Part shown: positions 47,785-61,857 of the stretch, piece by piece
How positions within the stretch are numbered: the first letter of the stretch is position 1
Layout: every line of letters begins with the position of its first letter
Assembly (NCBI GenBank): GCA_964016885.1
Contig: OZ024740.1
Location: forward strand, 293,632,001-293,696,000
Direction of reading: 5' to 3'
DNA: 64,000 bases
Source of the DNA: Eledone cirrhosa
Lineage: Eukaryota
The notes under the pieces: model-generated
Told to the model about the DNA's origin: nothing
What the model saw: the letters and a program-made list of their open reading frames with translations, nothing else
The model's database searches: none
Position numbers and translations under genes: made by a program

Positions 47785-50700
47785 ATTAACAGTGCTGCGA
47801 TCGAATGTAGTTTTTAGCCCAACCAATGTCTTACACAGAGTTGGCAACCAAAACATTCACTGGGAATAGCCGGCTGTGGTTGGAGTTCATGTACGTTTGC
47901 ATGTCGTTTGAGGCCTCCTGCTGATTTACATTCTCTACCACATGCTTGGCAGGCATGATGAGTAGCATCTCCAACAGCAGCCTGGTAGTCAACCACTGCT
48001 CTCACTTTATGACTGCAAAGATGACTTTCAAGTTCAGCTTTGCTTAGGCAGAGTCTCGCACAGACGCTGCATGTCAGCGCCATAGGAGGACCCTCGCCGT
48101 CTGGAAATGCAACAGTAATGCCCTTCCTCACATCCCTCTTTACTTACTCGTATGCGATTCGAGATGCCTCAAAGGTAACTTTCCCCTCATATACAGTCTT
48201 TCTCGATTTATTACGATCAGTAACAATATTTTCCCATGTATCAGCAGAGATGTTAGCGTCTTTCAGAGAGGCTTTCAAGGAATCCTTATACCTCTTTTTT
48301 GGTTTATGTGGAAGTCGTTTTCCTTTAACTAACTCTCCATAAAAGAGTTGTTTTGGTATTCTAGAATCCTTCATCCTGGGAAGGTGACCCCTCCAACGGA
48401 GTCTTTGCTTAAGCACAAGAGCTTCTATACTGTCACACAGACAACTTTGCAAAATCTAGACATCACTGATGTGCTCCCTCCAGTGAACGCCATGGACCCA
48501 TCTGAGACAGATCTGATGGAAACGCTCCAATTGTTTAAGGTCGTGTCGATATGTGACCCAGGTCTCACAGGCATAAAGAAGAGAAGAGAGCACATATGCC
48601 TTGTACACCTTTACCTTTGTCTTCTTGCATATGTCTCGCCGACCACAGAGTTGCCTTTCTAGCTTTCCGAAAGCATCACTTGCTTTCCTAATCCTGAGTG
48701 GAATTTCATTATCAAGGTTACTGTATCGATTGACAGTGCTTCCCAGGTAGACAAACTGATCAACCGCTCCAAGTCGTTTACCATACACAGATATTTGGCT
48801 CACTGTACTGCTTACCCGGGGCAGGTTGCTACATGACAACGGTTTTCTTGAGACTGACAGTCAATCCTAGGGTAGTGCAAGCATCAGAAAATGTGCTGCA
48901 TAGCACTCTGTGTGTGCGCTATAAGATCACAATCATCAGCATACAAGAGGTCTCTTATGATTGATGTAAATACTTTTGTTTTTGCAGCAAAGCGCGTGAT
49001 GTTAAATATGCTGCCTCAGGTTCGATATTGGATGTAAATACCATGCTCGCAATTCCTGGAGGCAATATAGAAAACCACTGCAAAGTATATGGCAAACAGG
49101 GTCGGTGCTGGAATATCCCCCTGTTTCACTCCATTTTTTACTGAGATAGGCTCCGACATGTTACCTCCGACATTAACCCAAGCCTTCATGTCGTCATGGA
49201 AAGACCTAACTAAAGCAAGGAATTTATCAGGGCAACCAAGTTTCTGGAGAACCTTCCATAATGCATCTCTGTTAACAGTATCGAAAACTTTTGTCAGATC
49301 GACAAAAACCTGATACAGTTCCAAACCTTGTTCCATGCACTTCTCCTGGAGCTGTCTAGCTGAGAAGATCATATCAGTAGTGCCGCGTCCAGCACGAAAA
49401 CCAGATTGACTTTCAGGAAGAACACAATCTGCAATGTGTGTCAGCAGACGGTCCAGAAGCACCCTACATAAAACTTTCCCTACGACAGAAAGCAATGATA
49501 TACCTCTGTAGTTCCCACAATCATTCTTCTTACCCTTTCCTTTGTACAAGACCACCATTACTACATCCCTCCAATCATCAGGTACGGATTCACTAGCCCA
49601 TATCCTGCCAAACAAAGAGTGAAGATGTTGCAGAAGTCTCTCATCACGATATTGTAGGAGCTCAGCATGTATGCCATCCATACCTGGAGACCTTCCACTG
49701 TTCAGCTTCGATATAGCTACTGCAATCTCCACAATCGTCGGTGGTTCTGCGAGAGCTACTTCCACAGGTTTTTCTGGAATGAGATTGAGGAAACCTTCAT
49801 TGATGACAGACGGCTGATTCAAGAGTTCATCAAAGTGCTCTCACCACCTTCCTAGAATTCCTTGTGAGTCACGAAAAAGTTCCTTGTGATCCTTGCTGCA
49901 AAGCAGTGTCACCAGAGAAGAAGACGGTCCATAAACTTCACGCAAGAGACTGTACAACAGCTTTGTGTTATTGGAATCTGATGCAGCTTGTATCTCATCA
50001 GCCTTCTCACTCCGCCACCTATCCTTCATCTGAGAAAGACTCCGCACAACACGTGATTTCACATCTTTGAGTTCCTTATGCAACATATTCTTCTCCTGTG
50101 GTTTTGCTGTCAAGTAATGTGACACAGCACGCCTCTTATCAGCCAACAAGTCGTCTATGTGTTCATCATTCTCATTAAACCAGTCTTGATGTTTTCTCTG
50201 TGCCAATCCCAGAACACGCCTGCCTACATCATAAACTGACTTTTTAAGGGTCGGCCTATCCTCACCAAGATCTGCAACATGCATCTCTTCTCACAATGAC
50301 CTCTTCACATTTTTATCTCTAAGACGAGCAGCATTCAATCTTCTGGGCAGGGTTACACCAGGAGCCCGAATTTTACGTTTAGTGATTAGTTTCACTTTTG
50401 CGCGTACCAGGCGGTGGTCCATCTAGCACGAACACACTGCACATCCCATCCGTCATGCATCCTGACAAGGAGGTAGTCCAAAAGATGCCATTCCTTAGAT
50501 GCAGGATGCATCCATGTGGTCTTAAATTTGTTCTTTTGCTGGAACATGGTGTTGGTAACACACAGATCCAGCTCCTCACACATATGCAGCAGGAGCATAC
50601 CATTGTTGTTACACTTTCACACCCATGCCTTCCGATTACATTCCATGTGTTAAAATCCCTACCCACTCTAGCATTAAAGTCACCAAGCACGATGACCTTG

Positions 50701-51230
50701 TCTGCCTGAGGGATATTTCTTAAAACACCTTTCACGGCATGGTAAAAAGACACTTTTTCTTCATTGACAGAATTCATAGTTGGAGCATATACACTCACCA
50801 AGGTCGCATATATTCCTTTGTCCATCAGAATTCTCATGGACATAAGACACTCACTAATCCCCACTGGGAATTCTTCTAATTTATCCACAAGAACAGTCTT
50901 AGCAAATGCTACCCAGTCTCTCTTCTGCTTCCTTCATCTCTTCCTTTCCATTTTCTAGGGTGGGTAAAATTCCCAAGATCCATGGACGAGTTCTCTCCAG
51001 CGGCCATAAGAATGTATATTCTCCACACAATTCTGTAAGATGACCATCTCCAGCTAACCTCTTCTCAGATAAAGCCACGATATCAAGATCGTAACGTCGA
51101 AGCTCCTTCGCAACAAGAGCGGTCCTTCGTTCAGGACGTTCCAAGAAATCCCTGTCAAGCAGCGTCGGTACGTTTCAGCAGCCAATATTAAATGCCTTGT
51201 TTGGCTCTATTATAGTGGCACGATGATGAG
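47785..51230 (-). mobile_element. Near full-length RTE (BovB-like) LINE, frameshifted, with C-terminal C2H2-type zinc fingers
   Basis: APE RPERRTALVAKELRRYDLDIVALSE and LGDFNARVG; RT NYRGISLL, ESQSGFRAGRGTTDMIF, FVDLTKVFD, GVKQG; C-terminal CSVC..H and CQAC..GLKRH. Confidence 0.93.
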
Positions 51231-51330
51231 TGGACCCAGGCTGCAATACCCTGGGGCCCCTACCTTTATTGCCAATTATCTATTTTATATTGTTTTGGAA
51301 CATCATTGAATTGGAGTAAAAAAAAAAAAA

Positions 51331-51366
<36 letters not shown>

Positions 51367-51367
<1 letters not shown>

Positions 51368-54300
51368 TTTCATTTATTAGCCACAAGGGCCGACATGTAG
51401 GGGACAATACAAAGACAGGGACAGTGGGGGTTTACAATAAGGTCAAGTAAAAGTGCACAATGGCAAGACTAGTTTAACAATGAAAATATAAAAATATAAA
51501 ATAAACTATGCATAAATATAACAAAATAAATTCCCCGATAGGGGGTGGACAACCCTGGGGTGATTCGGGTACCCCACCAATCCTGAACCACCCTGCGCTT
51601 CTAGGGCACCCAGGGAGAGCACCCCTCTCCTCAAGTTAGCCAGCCTATAGGCGCATGGTCAGAGTAGGCCCATTCACACGAGCCATTCTCGCCACATTCA
51701 CCCACCTTTTAGCAAATGTACTGGGGGGCAGCACTTCTCTGTCCACCCTCACCCTCCTTTCCAGGTGAAACTTGAAGAAGTTGATGAGGGATTGGCCGAA
51801 GAGAAAAGTGTCTGTCTTTAGTCCTTTCAACCTGGTCCACCATATAATCTCTTTCGCAACTGCCACCAGACAGGAAAATTTCCTGCTCTTCCTGACCTAA
51901 GGAAGGTGGCGGCTCGATCTTCACTATGGACTCGGCCGATAGCCGGATTCGTTCCACACGCGACAGCAGCTGTTCGACATAACTCCACAAGTCAGTCATG
52001 CACGAACATTGGACAAGTGCGTGCAGAACGGTTTCGTCGTTCTGTGCGCATCTTGGGCAGGTCCGTCTGTAGAGTCCGCCTGTAGAGTTTATCCCGAACC
52101 GGCAGTGCCCCCTGGTAGCACTGCCAAGCGAGGGATTTCTGGAAATTGTCCATCGTCCCCAGCTCAAAAGTCCTCCGGTACAGACTGGTCAGTTCGACTT
52201 CGTCGAGGCCCAAAGCTTCTCCGAGTGCGTCATCGCACTTGCCCACCACTAATCCTCTATAGAACTCGAGAGTGGAAGTTCCACTGATTGCATTGCCCGC
52301 TTGATAGAGGGCAGTGAGTGCCTGGCAACATTCCAGGTGCCAGTCACCCAGTCTCGGTCTCTTCTTGACCCAGGACTGCAGCTCAGTCAAAGAAATGAGC
52401 TGCGGAAAGGCCCGTCTGATAAACGGCGACCACACCTGTTCACCGTTGAGGAAGAATATCTGGAGATGTCGCAGCCTCAACGCATGTCTGCGCATCATTA
52501 GCCACGGCATGCCCAGCCCTCCACGTAGAGGGTGCTGGCAGCAGATGGACCGCCTCACCAACGGAACTTGTCCCCTCCACAAGAATTTGAAGAGGAGCCG
52601 TTCCAGCTTGACGAGGCGCAGACGAAGGCAAGGCACGACGGTCAGGCGGTAGTAGATGACGGACACGATGTACGCATTCGCCACCTCCGCGCGACCTTTC
52701 AGTGATAGCTTCCTCCCAGCCCATTTTTGGGTGAGACTGGCTACTCTGCTCGTTACCTCGTCCTAATTCTTTTCCACCTGGAGGTCTGGTCCGAACCAAA
52801 CCCCGAGCAACTTTACCGGTCCGTCCGTCCAGCGCACCACGACGCTGTTGGATGGCATGGGCCTGCCTCTCCAGGTTCCGAGCTGCAAGCCCACCGACTT
52901 TTCCGGGTTAAGTTTGGCTCCTGTCAACCTTTCATATTCCTTCAGTAAGGTGCCGACCACCTCGATTTCTGAGGTGTTCGACACCATCACGGTGATGTCG
53001 TCCGCATAAGCCGACACCGCCTTTCCACATCCCGGTTCGAGCGGGATGCCCTGCAACAGCTCCAGCTTCCGCAGTAAAGGCTCGAGAGTCAATACGTACA
53101 GAAGGGAAGAGAGAAGGCACCCTTGACGGACCGATCGGGAGAGCCGAAATGGTTCCGAGAGGTGGCCATTAACCTTGACCACCGAGCAGGTGCCGCTGTG
53201 CATTGCAACGATCCAGCTTCTAAAGACAGGGCCGAAGCCAGCTGCTTTGAGGACAAACTCCAGATACCGATGGTCGACCCTATCGAATGCTTTCGATTGA
53301 TCTAAATTGATCAGTGCCCCACCGAAGCCAGGTTTACACCCTACCCTCTCTATGATGTATCGCATGAGGTGGAGATTGTCGTGTATGGACCTGGCTGGGT
53401 TGCGCCTCCCCAACCAAATTCTCGACGACAAGCGCCAATCTCTTTGCTAACACATTGGCCAAAATCTTAAACTCTGTGTTGAGCAGAGTTATGGGCCTGA
53501 AGTTGTCTAATGTATCCCTCTTGTTCTCGTCTTTCCTTATCAGCGTCACCACTCCCCTGCTCACAGAACTGGGAATACTCCCATTCTGCTGCCAGTTGCA
53601 GTAGAGTGCTTCGAGGAGTTCGGAGAACAAGTCTGGCATATTTACGTAAAGCTCGTAGGGCAGGCCATCTAAACCGGGTGACTTGCGCCTCATGCAGCCG
53701 ACAAGGGCGTCCTGAATTTCGGCTGAAGTAATCGGCCTTTCGCAGCGCTCAACGTCGACCGTCGAGATGCGCGGCAAGCCGTCATGGTAGGGACTGAAAT
53801 CCGCTACTCTCTCTGACTCGCCACTCTCCCTGAACAACCGAGCAAAGTGCTGGCGAAAGGCCTCACACATCCGCTTGGAATCGCTTATCTCGTGTCCATC
53901 TCGGTCCGCCAAAGACCGAATTGTGTTTTTTTTTACCACGCTGCGCCTCTGCCCCGCGGGCCCATCGAACAGCTTTATTTCCCTCGTTTCTCAGCGCACG
54001 CGCCTTAGCTCTGACAATGCAACCTTCGTGTTTGGCATTGAAGAAATGGTCTAATGCCATTCTCGCCGCTAGCACGTCAGTTGCGATGCCACTACAAATA
54101 GCCTCGTCTAACTTATCGACCAGCTCCCCCTCCTTTCTACTTTTCTCTAACGCTAGTTCTTTGCTGAACTCTATCGAAGTTACTCTAATCTCTCTTTTGA
54201 GAGCCCCCCACCATCTGTTGTTGATGATCCCCCCTGTCAACTTTTGCTTAACTAAATTGTTGACTTGGTCCCTGTAAGCCTTACGTGTCGGAAATGACAT

Positions 54301-56717
54301 GTTCAGCTTCCAGTAACCCGGTCCTAACCTACGCGTTTTATTTAGGTCGACCGTACAGATCACAAATTTGTGATCTGAATATGCGACCGTCTTAAAAAGT
54401 GGACAGCCCACATTATTTCTATCTATTTTCCTAATGAAGATCCTGTCTATATACGATCTAGATGACCCCATTCGGTTGGTCCATGTCCATACTGGCACAT
54501 TGGGGAAATCTAGTCGATACCTGTCAGACAGTTGGAACTGGCTGAGTAGGTGCTTGAGGCTTTTGCACACCTCGCTCCTATCGGATACTCCCACACAATC
54601 CCAGCGTGCGTCTAAGATGCCATTCCAGTCCCCCGCTAACAGTAAAGGGTGAGACGTACCCAGAAAGGTCTCCAGGCGCCTAAAGAAGTCAGGTCGTCCG
54701 GCCCCTGTAGGGGCGTAGACGGCCAGCAGTCTAAAGGCACCACCTTCGCTACTGCTCACATCCAAGACCACCAACTTACCGTCCGGGTCCCGGAAGATCG
54801 ACCTTACCTCGAGATCCAGTCCTTTCCGAAACAGCACTGCCCCCCCCCCATTCCCGGCCTGCTAACAGATGCGAAGATCTGATAGTCGTCAAAAATGGGG
54901 GCTAGTGCGCGCGTGTCGGAAATTCTGGTCTCGCTTACGGCAATCACATCCATTTCCAGCGACCGGAGGTCGTTGAGCAGGCGACCCTGCTTCCAGGGTG
55001 ACCCCAGGCCGCGAACATTTAAACTTCCTACTCTTAATATGGCCATATTGGTAAGCTAAGAGAGAGAGAGGGAAGGTTTACTTACCTCCCGGGTCTTGTG
55101 AAGGTCGGGTGGTTCGACCTCCATGGTTGGTGGGGTTTCTTTTGGGAACCCCTTTAAAAGTCTTGATGTGGGTTTCACATTCGGTGTTCCCACGTCTTGA
55201 GGAAAGCTCTCTCGAATTTCTTTGAAGGAATTGAGTGACATTCGGACCAGAAGCAAATCTTCTGGCACGCAAGATGTGCTCATTTAAAAAATCTCCCCCT
55301 CTGTTTGAATGTCCTCGCTTCGCGCTAAGAGGGCCATCAGTTTATCGTTGGCCCTTCTGACAAGCACGAAGTTTTTAACATTTTGTTGGTGTGGTTTTAT
55401 TTGTTTTCATTTTGGTGAAGGTGGTGGCGATGGTTTTGGTGGTGTTGTTTCGGGTATGTCTATGTTTGTTGAAGGTGTGGTGTCTGCAATTTCAGGTATT
55501 TGTGTGTTTATTTGTACTTGTGTTTGGTTAGGTTGTTTGCGTTTCGGGGATTGTGGAGGTGGTGTCGATGTTGCTGTTGGTGATGATGTTATTGGGGAAG
55601 TGTTTGCGTTAGTGGTGTCTGTATTTTTTGTTGTGTGTTTTGTTGGGGCTTTTTTTTTTTGTGAGTTTTCTCTGTTTTTTTGCACTTTTGGGTTTTCCTT
55701 CATCTTCGCTGCTGGAAGACAAAGGGTATGTGGCTGTGAGTGTCTCTGTGTCTGTGTGTGCGTTTATTTTTTTGTCTATGTGTATAATTGGGGGGGGGGG
55801 GTAGGGGGAGTGGGAGAGCTTTCCTCGTTTTCTCCTTGGATTGGTTTTGGTGTTGGTGGTGGTCCGGCTGCTTTTGATGTTGGTGTCCGTGTTTTTGTTG
55901 ATGTTGTTTTTGGTGGTGGTGGTGGTGCAGCTTTCCATGCTGACACTGGCGTTGGCAACAAAGGAGGTTTGCGACCCCCGGCATTTTTGCGCTGAGGGCA
56001 GAAGGCTTGAAGAAGCAGCGAGGCCTTCTTCCGTCAATCATTAGTTGGATTGTTGTTCCGTCCTGCAGGCGGGCAAAATCCGGGATGTTATTCATATCCT
56101 CCGGTTTCATTTGGAGAAGAATCTCCAAATCCATTCCGGACCAGTCCTCTCTCTCTGTCCTTTTGATGTCCAGGAGGGTAGTGTCTGTCCCCTCCTCGAT
56201 TACGCATCCCAGCAGCCACCATATGTTCATTCCTGGTGGTATGCTGGGAATGCGTACCTTCACTGTCCTTTTACCCATGTAGGATGGATGCATGATAATG
56301 CGTTCCATTCTGCAGAGGGTCACCGAGTGTTTAATAGCGAGGGCCTCGGTTTTGAACAGTACCGAGATGGTACCGAACTGTTTGCCTCTTGCTTTGTACT
56401 CTATGTTACTTCCGATGTACTCCAAAGCAGCCTCTACCTCTGCTTGGCTCGCAAGTTCCACTTTTCGTGTCTGCACCGAAATACATCGTAAGAGCACTGT
56501 CCTCCTTTGCATGGCCGCTATTGCCTCGTCCGGGATGGTCAGGTTTGCCCAGGGCTTCTCCCGTTTAATTAGCCTCCACACTTTGGCCAACTGTTCGTCT
56601 TTATCGCTAATATCAATATCAATATTTAATAAGCGCTTTGTTTTTGCTGCTGCTGTAGCAAATGTGGTGTTTCTGATGCTCTTATTGTTGTTGTTGTCAT
56701 TCTTGCTGTTGCCACCG
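51367..56717 (-). mobile_element. Tx1/L1-clade LINE copy A (ORF1 5'-truncated, ORF2 55046 to 51645 frameshifted, (TTA)n tail at 51333-51366)
   Basis: GSLNVRGL, AGDWNG, YSDH, GYWKLN, SPGLDG, FRPITLLN, LDQSKAFDRVDH, SVRQG, AYADD, CPRC..ETVLHALVQC. Confidence 0.93.
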
Positions 56718-59700
56718 CCTCACCAACGGAACTTGTCCGGAATTTGAAGAGGAGCCGTTCCAACTTGACGAGGCGCGGACGGGGGCAAGGCACGACGGTT
56801 AGGCGGTAGTAGATGACGGACGCGATGTACGCATTCTCCACCTCCGCGCGACCTTTCAGTGATAGCTTCATCCCAGCCCATTTCTGGGTGAGACTGATTA
56901 CCCTGCCCGTCACCTCGTCCCAATTCTTATCCACCTGGAGGTCTGGCCCGAACCAAACCCCTAGCAACTTTACAGGTCCGTCCGTCCAGCGCCCCACGAC
57001 GCTGTTGGACGGCATGGGCCTGCCTCTCCAGGTTCCGAGCTGCAAGCCCACCGACTTTTCTGGGTTAAGTTTGGCTCCTGTCAACCTTTCATATTCCTTC
57101 AGTAAGTTGCCGACCACCTCGATTTCTGAGGTGTCCGACACCATCACGGTGATGTCATCCGTATAAGCCGACACAGCCTTTCCGCATCCCAATTCGAGCG
57201 GGATGCCCTGCAACAGCTCCAGCTTCCGCAGTAAAGGCTCGAGAGTCAATACGTACAGAAGGGAGGAGAGAGGGCACCCTTGACGGACTGATCGGGAGAC
57301 CTGAAACGGTTCCGAGAGGTGGCCATTAATTTTGATCATCGAGCAGGTGCCGCTCTGCATTGCCGCGATCCAACCTCTGAAGACGGGGCCGAAGCCAGCC
57401 ACCCTGAGGACAGCCTCCAGGTACCGATGGTCGACCCTATCGAATGCTTTCGATTGATCTAAATTGATCAGAGCCCCACCGAAGCCAGGTTTACACCATA
57501 CCCTCTCTATGATGTATCGCATTAGGTGGAGGTTGTCGTGTGTGGACCTGGTTGGGATTGCGCAAGTTTGCGCCTCCCCAACCAAATCCCCGACGACAAG
57601 CGCCAACCTCTTCGCTAATACCCTGGCCAAAATCTTAAACTCTGTGTTGAGCAGAGTTATGGGCCTGAAATTGTCTAATGTGTCCCTCTAGTTCTCGTCT
57701 TTCCTTATCAGCGTCACTACGCCCCGGCTCACAGAACTGGGAATACTCCCATTTTGCTGCCAGTTGCAGTAGAGGGCTTCGAGGAGATTGGAGAAGAAGT
57801 CTGGCATATTTACGTAAAGCTCGTAGGGCAGACCATCCAAACCGGGTGTCTTGCGCCTCATGCAGCCTACAAAGGCATCCTGAATCTCGACTGAAGTAAT
57901 TGGCCTTTCGCAGCGCCCAGCGTCAGCCGTCAAGAGTTGCGGCAAGCCATCGAGGTAGGGACTGAAGTCCGCCACTATCTCTGACCCGCCACTTCCCCGA
58001 ACAACCGAGAAAAATGTTGGCGAAAGGCCTCACACATCCTCTTGGAATCGCTCAGCTCGTGCCCATCTCGGTCCGTCAAAGACCGAATCATGGTTTTATT
58101 ACCACGCTGCGCCTCTGCCCCGCGGGCCCATCGAACAGCTTTGGTTCCCTCGTTTCTCAGAGCACGCGCCTTAGCTCTGACAATGCAACCTTTGTGTTTT
58201 GCATTGAAGAAATGGTCTAATGCCATTCTCGCCGCTAGCACATCAGTTGCAATACCACTAACAATAGCCTCGTCTAACTTATCTACCAACTCCCCCTCCT
58301 TTCTATTTTTCTCTAATGCTACATCTTTGCTAAACTCTATCGACATTACTCTAATCTCTCTTTTGAGAGCCCCCCACCATCTATTGTTGACGACTCCCCC
58401 TGTCAACTTTTTCTTAACTAAATTGTTGACCTGGTTCCTGTAAGCCTTACGTGCCGGAAATGACATGTTTAGCTTCCAGTAACCAGTTCCTAACCTACGC
58501 GTCTTATCTAGGTCGACCATACAGATCACAAACTTGTGATCTGAATAGGCGACCGTTTCAAAACGTGGACAGCTTACACTATTTCTGTCTATTTTCCTAA
58601 TGAATATCCTGTCTATATACGATCTAGATGACCCTATGCGGTTAGCCCAGGTCCACACTGGCGCATTAGGGAAATCTAGTCAGTACCTGTCAGACAGTTG
58701 GAACTGGCTGATCAGGTTCTTGAGGCGTTTGCCCCCCCCCCCCCCCCCGCTCCTATCGGATACTCCCACACCGTCCCAGCGTGCCTCTAAGATGCCGTTC
58801 CAGTCCCCCGCTAACAGTAAAGGGCCAGACGTACCCAGAAAGGCTTCCAGGCATCTAAAGAAGTCCGGCCGTCCTACCCCAGTAGGAGCATAGATGGCCA
58901 CCAGTCTAAAGGCACCACCTTCATTATTGTTCACGTCCAGGACCACCAACTTTCCGTCCGGGTCCCGGAAGATCGACCTTACCTCGAGATCCAGGCCTTT
59001 CCTAAACAGCACTGCCACCCATTCCCGGCCGGCTAACAGATGCAAAGATCTGATAGTCGTCGAAAATGGGGGCTAGTGTGCGTGTGTCGGAAATCCTGGT
59101 CTCGCTGACTGCAATTACATCCATTTCTAGAGACCTGAGGTCGTTGAACAGGTGACCCTGCTTCCAAGACGATCCCAGGCCTCGAACATTTAAACATCCT
59201 ACTCTTAATACGGCCATGTTGGCAGGTTAAACAGAGAGAGATAGGAAGGTTTACTTACCTTCCGGGCTCTTGTGAAGGTCGGGTTGTTCGACCTCCATAG
59301 TTAGTGGGGTTTCTTTTGGAAACCCCTTTAAAAGTCTTGAAGTGAGTTTTACGTTCGGGGTTCCCACGTCCCGAGGAAAGCTGTCTCGTATTTCTTTGAA
59401 TATGTCGAGCGACATTCGCACCAGAACCAAATCTTCCGGCACGCGAAATGTGCTCGATTTTAAAATTTCCCCCTCTTTTTGTATATTTTCACTTCGTGCT
59501 ACGAGGGCCATCAGTTCCTTGTTGGCCCTCCCGACGAGCACGAAGTTTTGTATGTTTTGTTGGTGTGATTTTATTTGTTTGCGTGGTTGTGGTGGTGATG
59601 ATTTTGGTGGTGTTGTTTCGGTTGTATCTGTGTTTGTTGTGAGTGCGGTGTCTGTGGTTTCAGATGTTTGTGTGTATATTTGTTCTTGCGTCTGTTTCGG

Positions 59701-61413
59701 TTGTTTGCGTTTGGGGGATTCTGGTGATGGTGATGGTGGTGTTGATGTTGGTGTTATTGGAGAGATGTTTGCGTGGGTGGTATCTGCGTTTTTTATTGTG
59801 GGTGCTTTTGTGCTTTGTTGAGTTTTTTTTTTCTTTTTGTGTTTCCTTTTTTGTATTTTGGGGGATTTTGGATTTCCCCCATCTTCACTACTGGTAGATG
59901 AGGGGTCTGTGTCTGTAAGTGTGTCTGTATGTATGTTTAAGGTTTTATTGGTGTGTGTATTTTGGAGGGGAGGGGGAATTTGACAGCTTTCCTCGTTTCC
60001 CCCCTGGGTGGTCAATGTTGCTGGTGGTCTTTCTATTGGTGTTGTTGTTGGTTTTGCCGGTGCAGGTGTTGGTTGTGGTTCTCGCCCCGGCGTCGGCAGC
60101 AGTGGAGCCTTTCGACCCCTTGCCTCTTTCAGCAGTTGAGGGCAGAAGGCTCGCAAATGGGTTTTTTCCTCACAAACAAAACACTGCGGCCTTTTGCCTT
60201 CGGTCATAATATGAATGACCGTCCCATTCTGAAGTCGGATGTGGTCTGGGATTGTCTTCACATTCTCGGGCCTGATCTGGAGAAGGATCTCCAGGTCAAC
60301 CCCGGACCAGTCTTCTCTGGCCGTTCTGGTCACTTCTATAGGGACTGTATCCGTCCCCTCCACAATCACACATCCCAGAAGCCACCACATGTCAAGTCCT
60401 GGTGGGATTCTGGGAATGCGGAAATGGGCCGTTCTTTTTCCCATGTGGGAGGGGTACATTATGACCTTGCTGGTTTTGCAAGTAGTCATAGCGTGTTTCA
60501 TAGCGAGGGCTTCTGACTTGAACAACACCGAAATGGTTCCGTACTGTCTGCTCCTCTCTATATACTGGGTGTCTTCTCTGATGCACCTCAGCGCGACTTC
60601 GACATCTTCTTGTGGGATTAACGCTGCCCTTTTGGTTTGTGCTGAGATGCATCTATAGTGCACCGTTTTGCGCTCCACTGCCTCAATAGCTTCTACCGGG
60701 ACAGTTAAGTTGGCCCAGGTTTGCTCTTGCTCGATGAGCTTCCATGCCTGGGCCAACTTTTCATCTTTGTTTGAGAGGTCCATGTTGAAGCATGGCCTCT
60801 TTTTTGCTGCTGCCGCAGCGAAAGTGTTCTTGTTTTCGTTGGGGGTGTTGTTGTCGTTGTTCTTGTTGGTGTTGTTGTTAGCACTGTCGCTGTTATCATT
60901 GTTGTCTTTGCTGCCACCGTTGTTCTCGGTGCAGTTGGTATTGTTGCTGTTGGTGTTGTCGCTATTTGTTTTCATGTTAGTGGTGTTGATATTGTTGTTG
61001 TATTTGTTATTTTTTTTTTGTTATCTGTATTTTCGTTGTCGCTGTTACTGTCATTTTTTTTCAAATTAGAGTTCTTATTGGTATCATTGGTGTCTTTGTT
61101 TACATTGTTTGTGGTGGTGTTTGTGTTACCAATGTGTGTTAATTTCGCTGTAGCGCTCCTCTCAACTTCTACGTCGTTGTCGCACGACAGCCGACATATC
61201 GCTGGGGGGCGTGGCTCAGCCATGTTTTTTTTTTTTCGTAAATTTTTTAACATATTTGGGCCATAAAAGGCCCAAATATTATACTTTCCCCTTCACGGGG
61301 CAAAGTCTAAGGGCTTATATCCCTTACACAACAAGAAATATTTAACAACAAATAATTTAAACAGGCAAATAAAGCGACTTACTGTAAGCGAGCAAAATAC
61401 GTCCGCTTAGACC
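56714..61413 (-). mobile_element. Tx1/L1-clade LINE copy B (5' end present; ORF2 truncated after RT where it joins copy A)
   Basis: ORF1 with CCHC knuckle; ORF2 from 59217 (MAVLRVGCLNVRGL) through RT (56626-57630); colinear with copy A. Confidence 0.93.
59251..60975 (-). CDS. Tx1 LINE ORF1 (gag-like nucleic-acid-binding protein); probably starts at 61223 with a frameshift near the poly-T at 61010
   Basis: 574-aa ORF with zinc knuckle CFVCEEKTHLRAFC and a Pro/Thr/Lys-rich linker, directly upstream of ORF2. Confidence 0.75.
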   Translation of the reverse strand: MKTNSDNTNSNNTNCTENNGGSKDNNDNSDSANNNTNKNNDNNTPNENKNTFAAAAAKKRPCFNMDLSNKDEKLAQAWKLIEQEQTWANLTVPVEAIEAVERKTVHYRCISAQTKRAALIPQEDVEVALRCIREDTQYIERSRQYGTISVLFKSEALAMKHAMTTCKTSKVIMYPSHMGKRTAHFRIPRIPPGLDMWWLLGCVIVEGTDTVPIEVTRTAREDWSGVDLEILLQIRPENVKTIPDHIRLQNGTVIHIMTEGKRPQCFVCEEKTHLRAFCPQLLKEARGRKAPLLPTPGREPQPTPAPAKPTTTPIERPPATLTTQGGNEESCQIPPPLQNTHTNKTLNIHTDTLTDTDPSSTSSEDGGNPKSPKIQKRKHKKKKKTQQSTKAPTIKNADTTHANISPITPTSTPPSPSPESPKRKQPKQTQEQIYTQTSETTDTALTTNTDTTETTPPKSSPPQPRKQIKSHQQNIQNFVLVGRANKELMALVARSENIQKEGEILKSSTFRVPEDLVLVRMSLDIFKEIRDSFPRDVGTPNVKLTSRLLKGFPKETPLTMEVEQPDLHKSPEGK

Positions 61414-61589
61414 AATAATAATAATAATAATTGTTTCTACTTTTGGCACCAGGCCAGCAATTATCCCAGTGCATTACTGGTACTTTATTTTATCGACCCC
61501 GTAAGGATGAAAAACACTATTAATAATTATTAATTAATTGTTTCTACTTTGGGCACAAGGCCAGCAATTATACCATTGCATTACTGGTA

Positions 61590-61857
61590 ATGCAATTGTG
61601 CAATGCCTGTGCATGAAGAATATTTTTAAAGTGAGGAAAGACTGTGCACTGAGCCAATCCCACTCTCTGAGCGACAGTAGCTATAACCCGAAAAGAAGAA
61701 AATATCAACATCATTGGTAACTACTGAGCCGCAGGTTTTATGTTGGAGTTAACCCAGTTTCCTGAGATGCCTTCTCCTAGAAGAATGCCCTGACAAAGAC
61801 TAGGGGTCCTTCACTCCCAGTGGTTTAACTGCGTGATCGGGTATCCAGCCCGATTAG
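61590..61857 (-). mobile_element. Interspersed repeat family C
   Basis: Reverse complement of 45897-46163. Confidence 0.6.

Noticed and set aside
55309-60658. Long plus-strand ORFs (for example 55309-55995, 59342-59821, 59953-60516)
   Set aside because: Antisense shadows of low-complexity Tx1 ORF1 and ORF2 sequence.
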